In this document: positions 25,012 through 27,568 of the stretch, piece by piece
How the letters are laid out: each line of letters begins with the position of its first letter
How positions within the stretch are numbered: position 1 is the first letter of the stretch
Made by a program: the position numbers and the translations under genes
Notes under the pieces: model-generated
Databases searched by the model: none
Told to the model about the DNA's origin: nothing
The model's input: the letters and a program-made list of their open reading frames with translations, nothing else
Origin: Actinomycetes bacterium
GTDB taxonomy: Bacteria; Actinomycetota; Acidimicrobiia; Acidimicrobiales; WLNW01
Reading direction: 5' to 3'
DNA length: 27,568 bases
NCBI GenBank assembly: GCA_031393535.1
Contig: JANMVY010000115.1
Coordinates: 1 to 27,568 of the forward strand

Positions 25012-25789
25012 TCCCCGAGCCGCCGCCTTCGACGGGCCACTGTTGCTCTTGTCGCCGCATCTCGACGACGCTGCGTTGTCGTGCGGAGCGTTGTTCGAGC
25101 GTGACGAGCCGTTCACGGTGTTTGATGTCTTCACCCAGCTACCCGAGCCGGAACAGGTCACCGAGTGGGATACGCGCTGCGGGTTCGCGGGGTCCAACCA
25201 GGCGATGACCGCGCGCTGGGCCGAGGAGCACCGGGCGTTCGCCGGCAGCGTGCACGCGTTCGCGGCGATTGACCTGCTCGACGGCCAATACCGCGTCGGT
25301 CCGCCCGACGAACGTGACGCGGCACGTCTCGAGCGGGCGCTCGGTGCGTGGCTCGCGACCATGGGTGGGCGCGCAATCGTCGCGATGCCGGTCGGCGCGG
25401 GGACCCCGCGCGGGCTGTCGATTTCGTTCGCCACCCGGTGGAAGGTGCGTCGCAGCGGCACGTTCGCGTTCGACAACAGCCCCGATCATCTCTTCGTGCG
25501 CGACACGGCGATCGCGTACCTTCGTGACAAGCCGGACGTCACCATCGTTTTGTACGAGGAATACCCCTACATGTTCGCGATGAGCGGCTCGCGGGTGGTG
25601 CCCGCGATCGAGCGCTGGGTGGGGCGTACCGCGGTCGAGCACGTGCTGCGGGTAGATCGCAAGGCGAAAGCCGACAGGATCGCCGCGTACACGTCACAGC
25701 TGAGCCTGTTGTTCCGCTCTTCCGCCGCCGAGTCGTTGGTACGAGCGCTGCCGACGACCGAGCGCTACTGGGAGCTCTCGGCTCCATAG
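25004..25789 (+). CDS. PIG-L/LmbE-family metal-dependent N-acetyl-sugar deacetylase
   Basis: 261 aa from GTG 25004 (8-nt overlap with HTTM); LSPHLDDAALSCG (HxDD), R..E, SPDH, YEEYPY and K...IAAYTSQ. Confidence 0.85.
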   Translation: MPDPRAAAFDGPLLLLSPHLDDAALSCGALFERDEPFTVFDVFTQLPEPEQVTEWDTRCGFAGSNQAMTARWAEEHRAFAGSVHAFAAIDLLDGQYRVGPPDERDAARLERALGAWLATMGGRAIVAMPVGAGTPRGLSISFATRWKVRRSGTFAFDNSPDHLFVRDTAIAYLRDKPDVTIVLYEEYPYMFAMSGSRVVPAIERWVGRTAVEHVLRVDRKAKADRIAAYTSQLSLLFRSSAAESLVRALPTTERYWELSAP

Positions 25790-25840
25790 TCGGCGAGGTG
25801 TGCCCGACGACGTCGATCGGCGCGAGGCGCCCCTGAACGA

Positions 25841-27568
25841 TCAGGAGTGCGAGATCGCGTCGAGCACGTTGAGCTTGGCGGCGCGGCGCGCCGGGAAGAT
25901 CGCCGCGAACAACCCGGCGACACCCGACAGCACCACGAAGAAGGCGATTTGCCGCGTGGGTATGGCGATCTCGGAGATTATCGAGTCGGGGATGGCGCTC
26001 GCGAGAGCGACACCGAATGCGATACCCATGACCGCGCCGAGAATGCCGCCGAAGAGCGCGATCACCACGGCTTCCCACCGGATCATGCGGCGCAACTGGC
26101 GGCGGTCCATCCCGATGGCACGCAGAAGGCCCAGCTCGCGGGTGCGTTCGAAGATCGACAACGTGAGCGTGTTGATGATGCCGATCAGCGCGACGAGCAC
26201 CGAGAGCAAGAGGAAACCGTTCACGATGAGCAGGAAGTTGCTGAGGTTCTTCTCGATCGTCTTGCGGAACTCCTCCTTGTTCTGGAGCTGCTGTGGCGGG
26301 TACTCGCTGACGACGCCCTCGAGTGCCGGCCGTGAGGCCTCAGCGTCGCGCCCGTCGAGGAGCCGCACCGCGACGAAGGCGTCGCGCGACTCGGGGAGGT
26401 TCGAGTTCCACGCCCCCAGGTCGATCAGGTAGTTGCTGCCGAAGATCTGGTTGTTCGCAAAGACCGCGACCACGGTGAACGGCTGTTGCTGCGCACCCTG
26501 GAACTCGACGTTGATCGTGTCACCGACCTTGGCGCCGGTCTGCTTCGCCGCGTCGGTGTGGATCGCGATGCCGTTCGGCGGAGCGTTCTTGAACGAACCC
26601 TCCTTCACCCGCATCTCGAATGCGCGCTCGAGGCTGGCGAACGATGCCGCTGACATCGACTTGGTGTCGCCGTCGATTCGGATCTGGCCTTGACGGATCG
26701 CGACCACATCGGACACGCTCGGGACCTTCGTGAGATCGCGTGCCAGTTGCGGCGAGAACCCGGAGCCAGGGCCCCGCCTTTCCGCCACCACCACGTAGTC
26801 CGCCGTGACTCCGGTCGAGAGCACGGACTTCAACGTGGTGCGCAATGACTGCGCCACCACCGCAACCATGCACACGAGCGCGATGCCGATCATCAGCGCA
26901 GAGGCCGTGGCTGCCGTACGCCGAGGGCTGCGGGCGCTGTTCTCGCGGGCAAGTTTGCCGGAGGCCCCGAGTATTCGCGGAAGTGGCGCGCCGAGCGCGC
27001 GAGCGGCCGGGCGCGCGATGAGCGGGCTGAGCACCGCGACGGCGACGAAGATCACGAGAGCGCCACCGCCGATCAGCGTCAGCGTGACAACCGTGGAGCC
27101 GACCGAACCGAACAACCCGATGCCGGCCAGCGCCACGCCCACGAACAACGCAATCACGCCGGCGGTGGTTCGGGCGGCGGTACCCGACGACGTCAACACG
27201 CCGTCCTCGCGCAACGCGGCGATCGGTGCGATGCGCGCGGCTTTGAAGGCAGGGAGTACCGACGCGCTCACGGTGACGCCGACGCCGACCACGATCGCGG
27301 CGATGATCGTGCGCGGCTTCAGTTCGAGGGGGCCATCAGGCAGCGAGAAACCCGCGGCGGCGAACGCGGCGCGCATGCCGATTGCGAACAGCACGCCGAG
27401 ACCCAGCGACAGCAACGTGCTCAGCGCACCGATCAGGAACGACTCGGTGAGCACGGATCGACGCACCTGCGTGCCGGTTGCACCGAGGGCCCGGAGCAGC
27501 CCGAGCTCACGAATGCGTTGACCGATGATGATGTTGAACGTGTTGTTGATGAGGAACGCGCTCACGAA
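25841..27568 (-). CDS. FtsX/MacB-type ABC transporter permease, 3' part (5' end outside the window)
   Basis: Two FtsX repeats (NTFNIIIGQRIRELGLLRALGA and INTLTLSIFERTRELGLLRAIGM) flank an extracytoplasmic domain; ARENSARSPRRTAATASALMIG; C-terminal PARRAAKLNVLDAI. The track's start at 27565 is an internal GTG. Confidence 0.92.
   Translation of the reverse strand, partial: FVSAFLINNTFNIIIGQRIRELGLLRALGATGTQVRRSVLTESFLIGALSTLLSLGLGVLFAIGMRAAFAAAGFSLPDGPLELKPRTIIAAIVVGVGVTVSASVLPAFKAARIAPIAALREDGVLTSSGTAARTTAGVIALFVGVALAGIGLFGSVGSTVVTLTLIGGGALVIFVAVAVLSPLIARPAARALGAPLPRILGASGKLARENSARSPRRTAATASALMIGIALVCMVAVVAQSLRTTLKSVLSTGVTADYVVVAERRGPGSGFSPQLARDLTKVPSVSDVVAIRQGQIRIDGDTKSMSAASFASLERAFEMRVKEGSFKNAPPNGIAIHTDAAKQTGAKVGDTINVEFQGAQQQPFTVVAVFANNQIFGSNYLIDLGAWNSNLPESRDAFVAVRLLDGRDAEASRPALEGVVSEYPPQQLQNKEEFRKTIEKNLSNFLLIVNGFLLLSVLVALIGIINTLTLSIFERTRELGLLRAIGMDRRQLRRMIRWEAVVIALFGGILGAVMGIAFGVALASAIPDSIISEIAIPTRQIAFFVVLSGVAGLFAAIFPARRAAKLNVLDAISHS

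Noticed and set aside
1-27568. CRISPR arrays, IS elements, integrases, tRNA/rRNA, phage or defence genes
   Set aside because: I saw no regularly spaced repeats, terminal inverted repeats, transposase or integrase motifs, or cloverleaf/rRNA signatures.

Overview
High-GC Actinomycetota chromosomal window, plausibly class Acidimicrobiia (inferred from gene content and motif variants, not provable here). It holds about 23 genes, two of them truncated at the edges. I found no mobile element, CRISPR array, rRNA or tRNA. Left to right: partial PAC2-family gene; GNAT; a tesB-GSDH lipoprotein-lytic transglycosylase lipoprotein operon; an apparently complete four-gene set for 3-O-methylmannose polysaccharide (MMP) synthesis (manT, putative meT3, mmpH, meT1) with a GtrA-family gene coupled to meT1; an Lnt with Ser replacing the catalytic Cys; an Rpf-like gene behind a long, probably structured leader; hemG(Y) and hemE; patatin; HelD; a DtxR-family regulator; full-length Lhr with an exact PafBC/RecA-NDp promoter; an uncharacterised divergent five-gene envelope module (MarC-like, alpha/alpha-barrel protein, small HTTM partner, HTTM/vitamin-K-carboxylase-like protein, PIG-L deacetylase); and a partial FtsX-type ABC permease. 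The strongest leads are the MMP-like cluster with its GtrA/TesB/Lnt(Ser) neighbours and the split HTTM module. Many starts were refined from TANNNT boxes 6-7 nt upstream of a GTG/ATG (leaderless genes). All family assignments come from motif recognition; no database searches were run.
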